A DNA stretch of 64,000 nt, taken from assembly GCA_017389705.1 (NCBI GenBank), contig JAFPEE010000225.1:5296-69295 (forward strand), given 5' to 3'. Every line of letters starts with the position of its first letter. Position 1 is the stretch's first letter. The position numbers and the translations under genes were made by a program. The notes under the pieces are model-generated. The model searched no databases, had not been told where the DNA came from, and was given only the letters and a program-made list of their open reading frames with translations. This document shows, piece by piece, positions 29,308-38,837 of this stretch. This stretch comes from Prevotella sp. Its GTDB lineage: Bacteria > Bacteroidota > Bacteroidia > Bacteroidales > Bacteroidaceae.

Positions 29308-30348
29308 TTATGCAAATATATCTGAAATGCTGTGTCGCAAAACCCATAGCGATGTTCCAAAGAATGTAACAAGAAGCATGATAAAAACAAATAGCATTCG
29401 TTTGGGACCGGCAGGCTTAGTGGGGGAAGATGCTCCTTTTAAAATGGTGAAAGCTGGTGTGCGTTCCTGAACTTTTGCTTTGGCTGCCTGTAATTGTGTG
29501 TTTAAAGTGTTATACGTATTGAATTTAATCTGCATGTCGTTTTCCATGTCTTCCAATTTTGATTCAACACTTTTCAAAGCCATGTTAGTATTGGCATCTG
29601 CGAAGGATGCATATTTTTGGCGTGACTGTTCGTAAATTTTCTTTGCTTCTTGAGTAAGGGTTTTGTAATATTCCCAATCGCTACGGGCTTTATTTGTCCT
29701 GTAGTTGGTTATATATGTTCTTAACTTCGATCTCACGGAATCTGCAAGTGTCTTGCAAATATAAGGGTCTTGTGCTTCTGTTGTAATTGTTATGACTCCA
29801 TTTTTGGAATTAGCTTTTATAGAGACATTATTCCTAATCTCTTTGGCTATTTCCTCTTGTTCTTTAGTCAGATTGTAGGGGTCAAGAATCTTTGAGTTAT
29901 CTTTTAGAGTATTCTGTTTAAATATATTGAAGATGGAACACCACCATGCTTCTTTTTGTCCATTTTCCAGATAGTCATAATAGTTCGTATCTATTTTCCG
30001 ATCTTTACTTACTACTTGTATGCTAAAAAGACTAGTAACAAATCCATTGTCATCCATCAAATCAGGATATAGCAAAGGAGTTATGGCATCAGTTGTTTGC
30101 ATTTCTCCAATATCGAAGCCGAATGATGATGCAATGGAACTTAGCGTTCCTTTGCCTAAGGAACTCTCAATTTCAGGCGCCAATTTTGTGTCAGTAATAT
30201 AGAATCTTGGAAGGCTGAAAATGTATATGCAAGAAAGAACGAAAGCAATGGTGAGAGTCTTAGCCAATGTTATTCTGCTCTTCCATAGAATTTTAATTCC
30301 TTTTCTAAGGTCAATAACCTTAAGTTTTGTCGTTGCGTTCTCTTCCAT
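29308..30348 (-). CDS. Wzz-like chain-length determinant
   Basis: N- and C-terminal TM helices, coiled coil, LYPD and KVQERTPAF...P..P.GPKR. Confidence 0.88.
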   Translation of the reverse strand: MEENATTKLKVIDLRKGIKILWKSRITLAKTLTIAFVLSCIYIFSLPRFYITDTKLAPEIESSLGKGTLSSIASSFGFDIGEMQTTDAITPLLYPDLMDDNGFVTSLFSIQVVSKDRKIDTNYYDYLENGQKEAWWCSIFNIFKQNTLKDNSKILDPYNLTKEQEEIAKEIRNNVSIKANSKNGVITITTEAQDPYICKTLADSVRSKLRTYITNYRTNKARSDWEYYKTLTQEAKKIYEQSRQKYASFADANTNMALKSVESKLEDMENDMQIKFNTYNTLNTQLQAAKAKVQERTPAFTILKGASSPTKPAGPKRMLFVFIMLLVTFFGTSLWVLRHSISDIFA

Positions 30349-30354
30349 AATTCT

Positions 30355-32883
30355 TTACTTCGTCAAATTAGCAATGGTGGCAATCATGGTGCCGAGGGAG
30401 GCTGCTGTGGTTCCTATGCTGAGCCATTGCTGCAGGCCGAAGCCTTGGCGCTGACGCTTGGTGGGAACAACGATCTGACAGCCTGGAGCTGGCTTGTGCT
30501 TACGATCTGCACGGGCTACCATGCCGTTCATGTAGATGATGATGGTTTTACTCTTTTTAGCCGTTGTCGTAGTTCCGCCTGCAAGCTCAATATAATAGTC
30601 CGTGTCTTTTCCTTCCTTATAATATACGGTATTAGGATAGAGCACTTCGCCATTGATTTTGACGGTACCATCGTAGCGAGGAACGACGATGCGGTCGCCT
30701 TCTCGCAGTACGGGATCATCGTCGCTGCCAGGATTCTTCAGCGCTTTGTCGAGCTCAATGCCTACAGGGTAGTTAGCGTTGACCATCAGTTTGCGGATGT
30801 CGATAGAGTCTTTGCCCGAGTTGCGCTGGGCAGTACGGAGTACGGTTTCCATCATCTCGCGCTCGTCTGGAGTCATGAGGCGCAGCAACTTGGTACCTTC
30901 CGGGTAGGCACGTTTGGTCAGTCCTCCTGCTTGTTTGATGACGTCGCTGAGGCGTTGTCCCTTATTGGATAGCGCATAGGTGCCTTCGAACTGTACTTCG
31001 CCCTCGACCGTCACGTTTTGCTGCTCCGTATAGTTAGGGCTGCGGCGAACATAAACCTCATCGAAAGGCTGCAGTATGAAGTCGGGCTGGTCGGCGATGG
31101 AGAAGTCAGGTGTCAGCTTAAAGCTAAAGGTCTGGGCTATCTGATCCTCTGCTTCCGATGCATATGGGTTGGTGATGCGACGAGCCACGTCAACCTTAAC
31201 CATGGATGCTGCCTCGGTAGGTCCTCCTGCCTGCAGAATCAGATCTTCAATGGTTTCATTCTCTGCATATTTATAAACGCCAGGGTAGAGCACTTCGCCG
31301 TTGATTGTAACGGTTTTTTTCTCGTTTCGCTCCTCGCGACTGGCAATATAGATAACATCCTCGTTCTGTAGGGGAACGTCAGGCGAGGTTCCCTCCAAGA
31401 TGCCACGAATGTCAATACTCTTCACTTCCAATGTGCGGTCAGGCTTCATGCGGTGCATTACGGCATGCTGGCCAATGGCTCCCTCGGTCAGTCCGTCAGC
31501 AGCTTCAACCAGAGCCTTGACGGTACTGATGTTGCCTCCTACCTGATACATGCCGGGACGGAAGATGGCACCTTTGATTTCCACCATGTTCTGATAGCGG
31601 GTGAGGGTGGAGTCAACGCTGACAGAGTCTTCGTCCATGAGTTTGAAACTGTTCAGGTCGAACTCGCCTACGCTGAATACTGAATACTGCTGGCCTGCCT
31701 TGCGATTGATGCGGATGGCCTTGGTATAGGCGTCGCCAGTAAATCCACCAGCATAGCGCAACAGGGTTGCGGCGCTCTCCGTCTTCTTCATCTCGTAGAA
31801 CATGGGGCGCTTTACCTTGCCGGTTATGTTGACCAGCGCCTCGTATGGGCTGACGGTAATGATGTCGTTGTCTTGCAAACGGACGTCGCCACTCAGCTTG
31901 CCGTTGAGCAGGAAGTCGTAGACGTCGACATTGGAGATGAGTTTCCCATGTCGATAAACCTTCACGTTGCGTAAGGTTCCAATCTCATTAGGGCCACCAG
32001 CCATGTAGAGGGCGTTATAGACGGTGGCGAAGGCAGAAAGGGTATAGGTTCCAGGAACCTTGACTTCGCCCATGACGCTGATGGTGATGGTGCGAGTCTG
32101 GCCCAGCGTCAGGTCTATCTTTGACCCTTGAAAGCGAGGACCTAAGACGTTCTTGAGTCTGCTCTTGGCCTGGCTGACGGATAAACCTCCCAGCTGGATG
32201 ACGCCAATGTCCTCTATGGTAATGGTTCCGTCAGGCGATATCGTCTCGGTAATGCTTTCCTGTGAGGATCCCCAGATGTCGATGTTTACAGCGTCTCCAG
32301 GCCCCAGCCTGTAGTTCTGCGGGGTAGCCAGATTCATGCTGCTCTCGAAGGTGAGATCTTTGTTGTTGAACACGTCATGGCCAAAAATCTTACGTTTCTC
32401 AGGCTTTTCCTCTTCGTAATAGTACTTCAGCGAGTCGGGCATCATGAAGTCCATGGCCTCGTCCATCTCGACAAAGTCCGTATCGTCGTCGTCATAGGTG
32501 TGCTTCTGAATCTGGTTTTTCTTCTTCGTATCCTTGACGCGGAACTGAGAAGCCTTCTTTTTGTCCGTTTTCTTTTGTTCCTCACGCTTCTCACCATTAG
32601 CCTCTCGCAAGCGGGTCTTGACCTCCTTTGAGCCGGCAGTGATGTCCTCGGCTCCCAAAGCGCCATTCTTTATCTGTTTCTGATATTTCTTCTGGATGCG
32701 ACGAATCTGCTCGATGGTCACACCACGCTGCATCAGTTGGGTTACAATCTTTTGGCGCGAGACGCCTTGAGCGTTCTGCTCTATCACATAGTCCATCACC
32801 TGGTTATCTGTCATTCCAGACTGTGCCCAGCTCATGGAAAATACCAATAAGAGACTAACTATAGTAGTAACTATTCGTTTCAT
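30355..32883 (-). CDS. SLBB-domain polysaccharide export protein (Wza/KpsD-like)
   Basis: YRLGPGD Poly_export motif and repeated V.GEV..PG SLBB units; start at MKRIVTT (signal peptide). Confidence 0.92.
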   Translation of the reverse strand: MKRIVTTIVSLLLVFSMSWAQSGMTDNQVMDYVIEQNAQGVSRQKIVTQLMQRGVTIEQIRRIQKKYQKQIKNGALGAEDITAGSKEVKTRLREANGEKREEQKKTDKKKASQFRVKDTKKKNQIQKHTYDDDDTDFVEMDEAMDFMMPDSLKYYYEEEKPEKRKIFGHDVFNNKDLTFESSMNLATPQNYRLGPGDAVNIDIWGSSQESITETISPDGTITIEDIGVIQLGGLSVSQAKSRLKNVLGPRFQGSKIDLTLGQTRTITISVMGEVKVPGTYTLSAFATVYNALYMAGGPNEIGTLRNVKVYRHGKLISNVDVYDFLLNGKLSGDVRLQDNDIITVSPYEALVNITGKVKRPMFYEMKKTESAATLLRYAGGFTGDAYTKAIRINRKAGQQYSVFSVGEFDLNSFKLMDEDSVSVDSTLTRYQNMVEIKGAIFRPGMYQVGGNISTVKALVEAADGLTEGAIGQHAVMHRMKPDRTLEVKSIDIRGILEGTSPDVPLQNEDVIYIASREERNEKKTVTINGEVLYPGVYKYAENETIEDLILQAGGPTEAASMVKVDVARRITNPYASEAEDQIAQTFSFKLTPDFSIADQPDFILQPFDEVYVRRSPNYTEQQNVTVEGEVQFEGTYALSNKGQRLSDVIKQAGGLTKRAYPEGTKLLRLMTPDEREMMETVLRTAQRNSGKDSIDIRKLMVNANYPVGIELDKALKNPGSDDDPVLREGDRIVVPRYDGTVKINGEVLYPNTVYYKEGKDTDYYIELAGGTTTTAKKSKTIIIYMNGMVARADRKHKPAPGCQIVVPTKRQRQGFGLQQWLSIGTTAASLGTMIATIANLTK

Positions 32884-32936
32884 ATGTTTGTTGTATACAT
32901 TATTATATATAACACGTCGTATAGCGAAATATTGCG

Positions 32937-32994
32937 CAAAAGTACAATTTTTTATGGGAAATACTGCATAATTCATAAATTATTTGTATCTTTG
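32937..32994. promoter_or_regulatory. Divergent promoters for the polysaccharide operon and ssrA
   Basis: TACTTTTG on the minus strand (32937-32944) and TATCTTTG on the plus strand (32987-32994). Confidence 0.7.
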
Positions 32995-33020
32995 CAGCCG
33001 AATTACGACATTTTATACTT

Positions 33021-33422
33021 GGGGTTGACTGGATTTGACAGCAAGATGAGATGGTACGTAAGCATGCGGAGTGACGGCTGTATACTCCATAATCCATTCG
33101 GTCGAACAATTAATTGGCGAAAACAAGTACGCTCTCGCTGCCTAAACGAAGTACAGTAGTTTACTGGCTTAATTCCCTTACAAGGTGAGGGAACGAGACA
33201 TCGCTCCAAGGACGTGGTTCCGAATCTGAGGATCAAGCGGTGCAGGATTCATCGGAAATAGTTTCCCGGGTGCTCCGACTGGGGAATGAAATTTTAGGAG
33301 ATAAGGTTGTTGATGGGTGGTCCAGGTCTTGTCACAGCACGAAAATGAAGTCTGGAATAAGCATGTAGAAAGCGTATGGTTTCCTTGTTTGGACGAGGGT
33401 TCGACTCCCTCCAGCTCCACAA
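33021..33422 (+). ncRNA. ssrA: tmRNA
   Basis: 5' GGGGTTG pairs with CAGCTCC (G3-U70); T-arm GAGGGTTCGACTCCCTC; tag ORF 33116-33145 reads (A)GENKYALAA*. Confidence 0.97.
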
Positions 33423-33431
33423 AAGTGATGG

Positions 33432-33459
33432 AAAGAGGGCAATGTTTTGCTCTCTTTTT
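33432..33459 (+). terminator. Intrinsic terminator after ssrA
   Basis: aaagagggcaa-tgtt-ttgctctcttttt hairpin with T run. Confidence 0.75.
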
Positions 33460-33495
33460 GTGTTGATTTTTATTAACAAACGGATGAAAGTAAAA

Positions 33496-33583
33496 ATCAA
33501 TCGTCATGTGAGCATCGTTCAATCGTAATATGAAGGGCCTTCAATCGTAATGTGAGCACCCTTCAGTCGTAATACGATTCCTG
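33496..33583 (+). repeat. Four 22-bp direct repeats, core TCAATCGTAAT
   Basis: atcaatcgtcatgtgagcatcg / ttcaatcgtaatatgaagggcc / ttcaatcgtaatgtgagcaccc / ttcagtcgtaatacgattcctg. Confidence 0.88.
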
Positions 33584-33694
33584 CTCAGTTGGTTACATAT
33601 CGGAAAAGTAAGGAAAATACTATGTATTTTACTTTGATTTCAACCTTATTTATTAGTTTTTCCGCTTTTTCTTTGCCTTTTGCCAAAAAATGAC

Positions 33695-33702
33695 TACCTT
33701 TG
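33695..33702 (+). promoter_or_regulatory. -7 promoter element of the PKS/fatty-acid operon
   Basis: TACCTTTG 7 nt before ATG 33710. Confidence 0.7.
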
Positions 33703-33709
33703 CACGCTC

Positions 33710-34441
33710 ATGAAATATATATTGGTTACAGGAGGGTCAAGAGGTATTGGACGGTCCATTTGTGTCAGACTGGCCAATATGGGCATGCCCGTTGTTATTA
33801 ACTACAACTCCAACAAAGAAGCAGCCCAGGAAACTCAGCTTCTGATAGAGCAAAATGGGGGAAGGGCAGAGTTGCTGCCTTTCGACGTCTCTAACAAGCA
33901 AGATGTTGACGAGGCCTTAGACCTGTGGGAAGCGGGGCATCCTGACGACTACATCTCTGTATTGGTGAACAATGCGGGCATTCGTCGTGACAATGTGATG
34001 TTCATGATGTCTGATGACGACTGGCATCAGGTATTGGACACCACACTTGATGGCTTTTTCTATATTACCAGACGGCTGCTGAAGCATATGATGCCTCGCA
34101 AACGAGGTGGCAGAATAGTCAATGTGGCCTCACTCTCAGGAGTGAAGGGCCTTCCAGGTCAGACCAACTACAGCGCAGCCAAAGCTGCTTTGATTGGTGC
34201 GACAAAGGCTCTGGCGCAGGAAGTCGCACCACGCAACATTACAGTCAATGCTATTGCTCCAGGCTTTATAGAGACGGATATGACCAAGGAACTGCCTGTA
34301 GACGAACTGAAGAAACTGATACCTGTGGGACGTTTCGGTTTGCCAGACGAGGTTGCTGCCTTGGTGGCATTTCTGGCATCGGACGATGCAGCCTACATCA
34401 CAGGCGAGGTAATCAACATTAATGGTGGACTATACACATGA
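33710..34441 (+). CDS. fabG: 3-oxoacyl-ACP reductase
   Basis: TGGSRGIG, NNAG and YSAAK. Confidence 0.92.
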   Translation: MKYILVTGGSRGIGRSICVRLANMGMPVVINYNSNKEAAQETQLLIEQNGGRAELLPFDVSNKQDVDEALDLWEAGHPDDYISVLVNNAGIRRDNVMFMMSDDDWHQVLDTTLDGFFYITRRLLKHMMPRKRGGRIVNVASLSGVKGLPGQTNYSAAKAALIGATKALAQEVAPRNITVNAIAPGFIETDMTKELPVDELKKLIPVGRFGLPDEVAALVAFLASDDAAYITGEVININGGLYT

Positions 34442-35658
34442 GAAGAGTAGTCATTACGGGCATGGGCATCTGGTCATGTCTGGGAACAGATATAGAATCC
34501 GTAAGAAACGCACTTTATAACGGCAAGTCAGGCATCGGGCTTCAGCCTGAGCGTCTGACCTATGGCTATCGTTCTGGGTTGACGGGAATTGTCGAGACGC
34601 CAGTCATCACCAAGCAGATGCTGGACCGTCATACACGTGCAGGCATGTCGGAAGAGGCTCAATATGCCTATATGGCCAGTCGCCAAGCCTTCGAACAGGC
34701 AGGCATCAGCGACGAATATCTTCGCATCAATGAGGTAGGTTGCATCTTTGGCAACGACTCATCGGCCAAGCCAGTCATTGAGTCTTCGAAGATTATGGAT
34801 GAGAAGCATGACTCGGCCATGTTGGGCTATGGACTGGTTTTCCAGTCTATGAACTCGACGGTGAATATGAACCTCAGCACCATTTTCCATCTGCGTGGTG
34901 TCAACTTCACCATTAGTGCAGCCTGTGCCAGCGGAAGTCATTCCATTGGTCTGGGCTTTATGCTCATCCGTCAGGGTCTGCAGGAGATGGTGCTTTGTGG
35001 TGGAGCCCAGGAAACCAACTACTACTCGATGGCAACCTTCGATGCCCTGAATGCTTTCTCTATCCGAATGGACGAGCCCACCAAGGCCAGTCGCCCCTTC
35101 GATCGGGATCGTGATGGGCTCATTCCCAGTGGTGGTGCAGCAGCTTTGGTTCTCGAAAACTACGAACATGCTGTGGCTCGAGGCGCAACGATTCTTGGTG
35201 AGGTTGTGGGCTATGGTTTCTCCAGTAATGGAGGAGGCATCTCTGAGCCCAGCGACGAGGGTAGTGTGATTGCTATGACGAGAGCCCTCAAGGATGCAGG
35301 ATTGGCAACGTCGGATGTTGATTATATCAACGCTCATGCCACCAGTACCCGACAAGGAGACATGTATGAGGCTATGGCTCTGAACAAGATGTTCAAGGGT
35401 CAGCGGGCACTCATCAGTTCCACTAAGTCGATGACGGGCCATGAGTGTTGGATGGCTGGTGCCAGCGAGATTGTCTACAGTCTCCTGATGATGCAACATC
35501 ATTTCGTTGCCCCCAACATCAACTTCGAGCATCCGGATGAACATTCTGAGACTTTGAACATTGCCACCAAGACCGTAGAGACGGATGTCAATGTGGTCTT
35601 AAGCAATTCTTTTGGATTTGGAGGTACCAATAGTGCTTTGGTGCTTAAAAAGATATAA
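34438..35658 (+). CDS. Beta-ketoacyl-ACP synthase (FabB/F-like)
   Basis: SAACASG, HATST and GHECW catalytic triad; SFGFGG. Confidence 0.92.
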   Translation: MRRVVITGMGIWSCLGTDIESVRNALYNGKSGIGLQPERLTYGYRSGLTGIVETPVITKQMLDRHTRAGMSEEAQYAYMASRQAFEQAGISDEYLRINEVGCIFGNDSSAKPVIESSKIMDEKHDSAMLGYGLVFQSMNSTVNMNLSTIFHLRGVNFTISAACASGSHSIGLGFMLIRQGLQEMVLCGGAQETNYYSMATFDALNAFSIRMDEPTKASRPFDRDRDGLIPSGGAAALVLENYEHAVARGATILGEVVGYGFSSNGGGISEPSDEGSVIAMTRALKDAGLATSDVDYINAHATSTRQGDMYEAMALNKMFKGQRALISSTKSMTGHECWMAGASEIVYSLLMMQHHFVAPNINFEHPDEHSETLNIATKTVETDVNVVLSNSFGFGGTNSALVLKKI

Positions 35659-35677
35659 GCCATTAGGAGAAAACGAT

Positions 35678-36781
35678 ATGAAACTGAATCCATCCTTGTC
35701 TGGTTATACCAAAGAACATCAGTCAGCCATTGAAGCCAAGCAGCTGGCTGCGTTTATTGCATGGGGACCTGTGGTTTTCCAGGCTTCACGACTGATGCTC
35801 AAGCTGGGTATCTTTGAAGCCATCCACCAGACAAAGGATGGGTTGACTCGTCAGGAGATTGTCCGTCAGACTCATCTTTCGGACTATGCCGTCAAATGTC
35901 TCTTGGAAGCCTCGCTGTCGATAGGTACTGTGCTGGTAGATACAGAGACGGACAGATTTACGTTGTCCAAGGCTGGATGGTTCTTGCTGAATGACGATGC
36001 CTTGCATGCCGATATCAACTTCAACCACGATGTCAACTACGAAGGGTGGTTCCGTCTGGAGGAGTCGCTAGTCAATGGTAAGCCAGAGGGACTCAGGCAC
36101 TTTGGTTCCTGGCCTACCATCTATGAGGGCCTGTCCAGCCTGCCAGAACAAGTGCAAAAGAGCTGGTTTGGCTTTGACCACTATTATAGTGATTCATCTT
36201 TCCCGGAGGCACTGAAGATTGTCTTCGATGAACATCACGTCAAGACGCTGTATGATGTCGGAGGCAATACAGGCAAGTGGGCCTTGCAGTGTGTAGGCTA
36301 TGATCAGGACGTGGAAGTGACCATTCTTGATTTGCCCCAGCAGATAGACCTGATGCAGGCTAACGTGCAAGGCAAGCCTGGAGCAGAGCGTATATCAGGC
36401 TTTGGTATTGACCTGTTGGACGAGCATGCCTTGTTCCCCAAGCGTGAGTCAGGACTCGATGCCATCTGGATGAGCCAGTTCCTCGATTGTTTCAGCATGG
36501 AAGAAATTGTTGGAATCCTGAATCGTGCCAAGGAGGCGATGACTCCTCAGACACGTCTCTATATCATGGAAACGCTGTGGGATCGTCAGCGTTTTCCGAC
36601 AGCGGCATTCTGCCTGACAATGACCAGCCTGTACTTTACTGCGTTGGCCAATGGCAATTCGAAGATGTACAATACTGACGACCTGACCAGCTGTATTGAA
36701 AAGGCAGGATTGGAGGTCGAGCAGATATACGACTATCTAGGATGGGGACACTCCATAGTGATCGTAAAATTACGAAACTGA
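35678..36781 (+). CDS. SAM-dependent O-methyltransferase
   Basis: DVGGNTG, ILDLP and WMSQFLDCF. Confidence 0.85.
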   Translation: MKLNPSLSGYTKEHQSAIEAKQLAAFIAWGPVVFQASRLMLKLGIFEAIHQTKDGLTRQEIVRQTHLSDYAVKCLLEASLSIGTVLVDTETDRFTLSKAGWFLLNDDALHADINFNHDVNYEGWFRLEESLVNGKPEGLRHFGSWPTIYEGLSSLPEQVQKSWFGFDHYYSDSSFPEALKIVFDEHHVKTLYDVGGNTGKWALQCVGYDQDVEVTILDLPQQIDLMQANVQGKPGAERISGFGIDLLDEHALFPKRESGLDAIWMSQFLDCFSMEEIVGILNRAKEAMTPQTRLYIMETLWDRQRFPTAAFCLTMTSLYFTALANGNSKMYNTDDLTSCIEKAGLEVEQIYDYLGWGHSIVIVKLRN

Positions 36782-36802
36782 CAAACCAGCGAAAAAGAAA
36801 CA

Positions 36803-37057
36803 ATGAATAATATGACAAGAACAGAAATTGAAGAGAAGGTCAAGGCCTTTCTCATTGATGACCTCGAGATTGATGAGGACAAAATCAGTAATGACGCATT
36901 GTTAAAGGACGATATGGGCATTGACAGCCTCGACTTCGTTGACATTGTCGTCATTGTGGAGCGTAACTTTGGCTTTAAGATTGTTCCTGAGGAAATGCAG
37001 GACGTGAAAACCCTAAGCCAGTTCTGCGACTACATAGAGGGAAAAATGCGAAATTGA
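36803..37057 (+). CDS. Acyl carrier protein
   Basis: GIDSLD phosphopantetheine motif. Confidence 0.93.
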   Translation: MNNMTRTEIEEKVKAFLIDDLEIDEDKISNDALLKDDMGIDSLDFVDIVVIVERNFGFKIVPEEMQDVKTLSQFCDYIEGKMRN

Positions 37058-37087
37058 CAAAACCAGCTAGACTGACGAGTTGAGAGA

Positions 37088-37957
37088 ATGAAGCAGTGGG
37101 ATGGTACGACATACGGCAATGGGGCCATGCATCGCTGGCTAATTGCCTTGTTGCGAAACATAGACGTTCGTGTGTTCTATGCTTTTGCATACGTTTTTGT
37201 GGTTCCCCCTTGCCTGTTCTGTTCGAGTTTTACCCCCATCTGGCATTATTTTCGTCAAAGACTGGGCTATTCATCCTTGAAAGCCTTTTGGTATACCTAC
37301 CTGAACCATGGCATATTTGCCCAGGCAGTCATCGACAAGTTTGCCATGTATGCAGGTCGTAGGTTTGACATTGAGGTCGATGGCCTGGCCTTCTTCCAGC
37401 AATTGGCCGGTCAGCCTGATGGCTTCGTCATCCTGAGCTCTCATGTGGGAAACTACGAAATAGCCGGCTACTCGCTCGTCAGTTCAGAAAAGCGCCTCAA
37501 TGCCCTGGTCTATTCTGGAGAGAAGGAAAGTGTGATGAAGAATAGGAATAAGATGTTCGTTCAAACCAACATCCATATGATTTCTGTCCGGAAGGATATG
37601 AGCCATCTGTATGATATCAACAACGCCTTGGCTAATGGCGAGATCGTCAGCATACCGTCAGATAGGATTTGGGGCTCGTCCAAATCCATCTCCATTCCTT
37701 TCCTGGGGCGTGAGGCTGACTTTCCTGTCGGACCTTTCCATGTGGCGGCTTTGCGAGGGCAGGAAGTGCTGGTTGTCCATGTGATGAAGATTGCCGTCAA
37801 GCGCTATAGGGTTTATGTGAAGCCCCTCGCTTACGACAAGCATGCCCCCAGGCAGGAACAGATAGAAGCGCTGGCCCGTCAGTATGTGGCAGAGTTGGAG
37901 CGCATGCTTCGCCAATATCCTACCCAGTGGTATAACTATTTCGATTTTTGGTCATGA
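37088..37957 (+). CDS. LpxL/HtrB-family acyltransferase
   Basis: SSHVGNYE, SDR, FPVGP and YPTQWYN. Confidence 0.85.
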   Translation: MKQWDGTTYGNGAMHRWLIALLRNIDVRVFYAFAYVFVVPPCLFCSSFTPIWHYFRQRLGYSSLKAFWYTYLNHGIFAQAVIDKFAMYAGRRFDIEVDGLAFFQQLAGQPDGFVILSSHVGNYEIAGYSLVSSEKRLNALVYSGEKESVMKNRNKMFVQTNIHMISVRKDMSHLYDINNALANGEIVSIPSDRIWGSSKSISIPFLGREADFPVGPFHVAALRGQEVLVVHVMKIAVKRYRVYVKPLAYDKHAPRQEQIEALARQYVAELERMLRQYPTQWYNYFDFWS

Positions 37958-38415
37958 CAACTTGCGAGCTATCTATATTCACCAGCGAGTATCTGAGGCA
38001 GATAGACGTCCACGAGCTCTTGCCCCAGCAGGAACCTTTTGTCATGATAGGCTGCCTAAGCCATCTCGACATGGTTCGTACCATCACAGAGACGATGATT
38101 CAAGAGGATAACCTCTTCGTTGAAAATCGTTTGTTCAGCGAGTCCGGCCTTATTGAAAATATAGCCCAGACCTGTGCTGCCCGCATAGGTTTTGTCAACA
38201 AGTACATATACAAGAAGCCAGTACAGATGGGCTTCATTGGCTCTATTAGGAATATGGAAGTCTTGGCTTTGCCTCGGGTGGGTGAGGTCATCACCACAAC
38301 TGTTGACGTTAGGGAAGAGGTTTTCGGAATGACACTTGCTGAGGCTACGGTTTTCTCGGGAGCGAAACTGTTGGCAACAACGGAAATAAAGATAGCCATC
38401 AAAGACAGGAGTTAA
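37954..38415 (+). CDS. Hot-dog-fold 3-hydroxyacyl-ACP dehydratase-like protein
   Basis: LLPQQEPFVM and LIENIAQT. Confidence 0.8.
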   Translation: MTTCELSIFTSEYLRQIDVHELLPQQEPFVMIGCLSHLDMVRTITETMIQEDNLFVENRLFSESGLIENIAQTCAARIGFVNKYIYKKPVQMGFIGSIRNMEVLALPRVGEVITTTVDVREEVFGMTLAEATVFSGAKLLATTEIKIAIKDRS

Positions 38416-38420
38416 CAGAT

Positions 38421-38837
38421 ATGGAATTGAAAGCATCGAAAGAAATAGAAATACGTTTTAGCGAGGTCGACTCCATGAATGTGGTATGGCATGGCTCGTA
38501 TCCTCTTTATTTCGAGGATGCCCGTGAGGCTTTCGGTCAGAAGTACGACTTAAGCTATATGGGCTTCTTTCGTGAGGGCTATTATGCCCCTTTGGTGGAA
38601 CTGACATTCCATTATAAGAAGCCCCTTCGCTATGGGATGAAGCCCAGGGTGGACATTATCTATCGTCCAACAGAAGCAGCCAAGATTGTCTTCGACTATG
38701 AGATTTATGATACTGCCGACGAGAGTCTGGTGGCTACAGGGCATTCTGTTCAAGTGTTTATGGACAAGGACTACCAGCTTGTCTGGGATAATCCTGAGTT
38801 CTATCTTAAGTGGAAAAAACGATGGTCTATCATATAG
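38421..38837 (+). CDS. Acyl-CoA/ACP thioesterase (4HBT family)
   Basis: RFSEVDSMNVVWHGSY...FEDAR. Confidence 0.88.
   Translation: MELKASKEIEIRFSEVDSMNVVWHGSYPLYFEDAREAFGQKYDLSYMGFFREGYYAPLVELTFHYKKPLRYGMKPRVDIIYRPTEAAKIVFDYEIYDTADESLVATGHSVQVFMDKDYQLVWDNPEFYLKWKKRWSII

Noticed and set aside
32884-33522. Short ORFs on both strands
   Set aside because: They overlap the tmRNA gene and its promoter
33496-33583. Possible mini-CRISPR array
   Set aside because: Period is only 22 bp, the variable parts are about 11 nt and resemble each other, and there are no cas genes
36779-37067. tgacaaa(a)ccagc repeated at the stops on both sides of the first ACP
   Set aside because: Only 12-13 nt and two copies; cannot be distinguished from chance or a small local duplication
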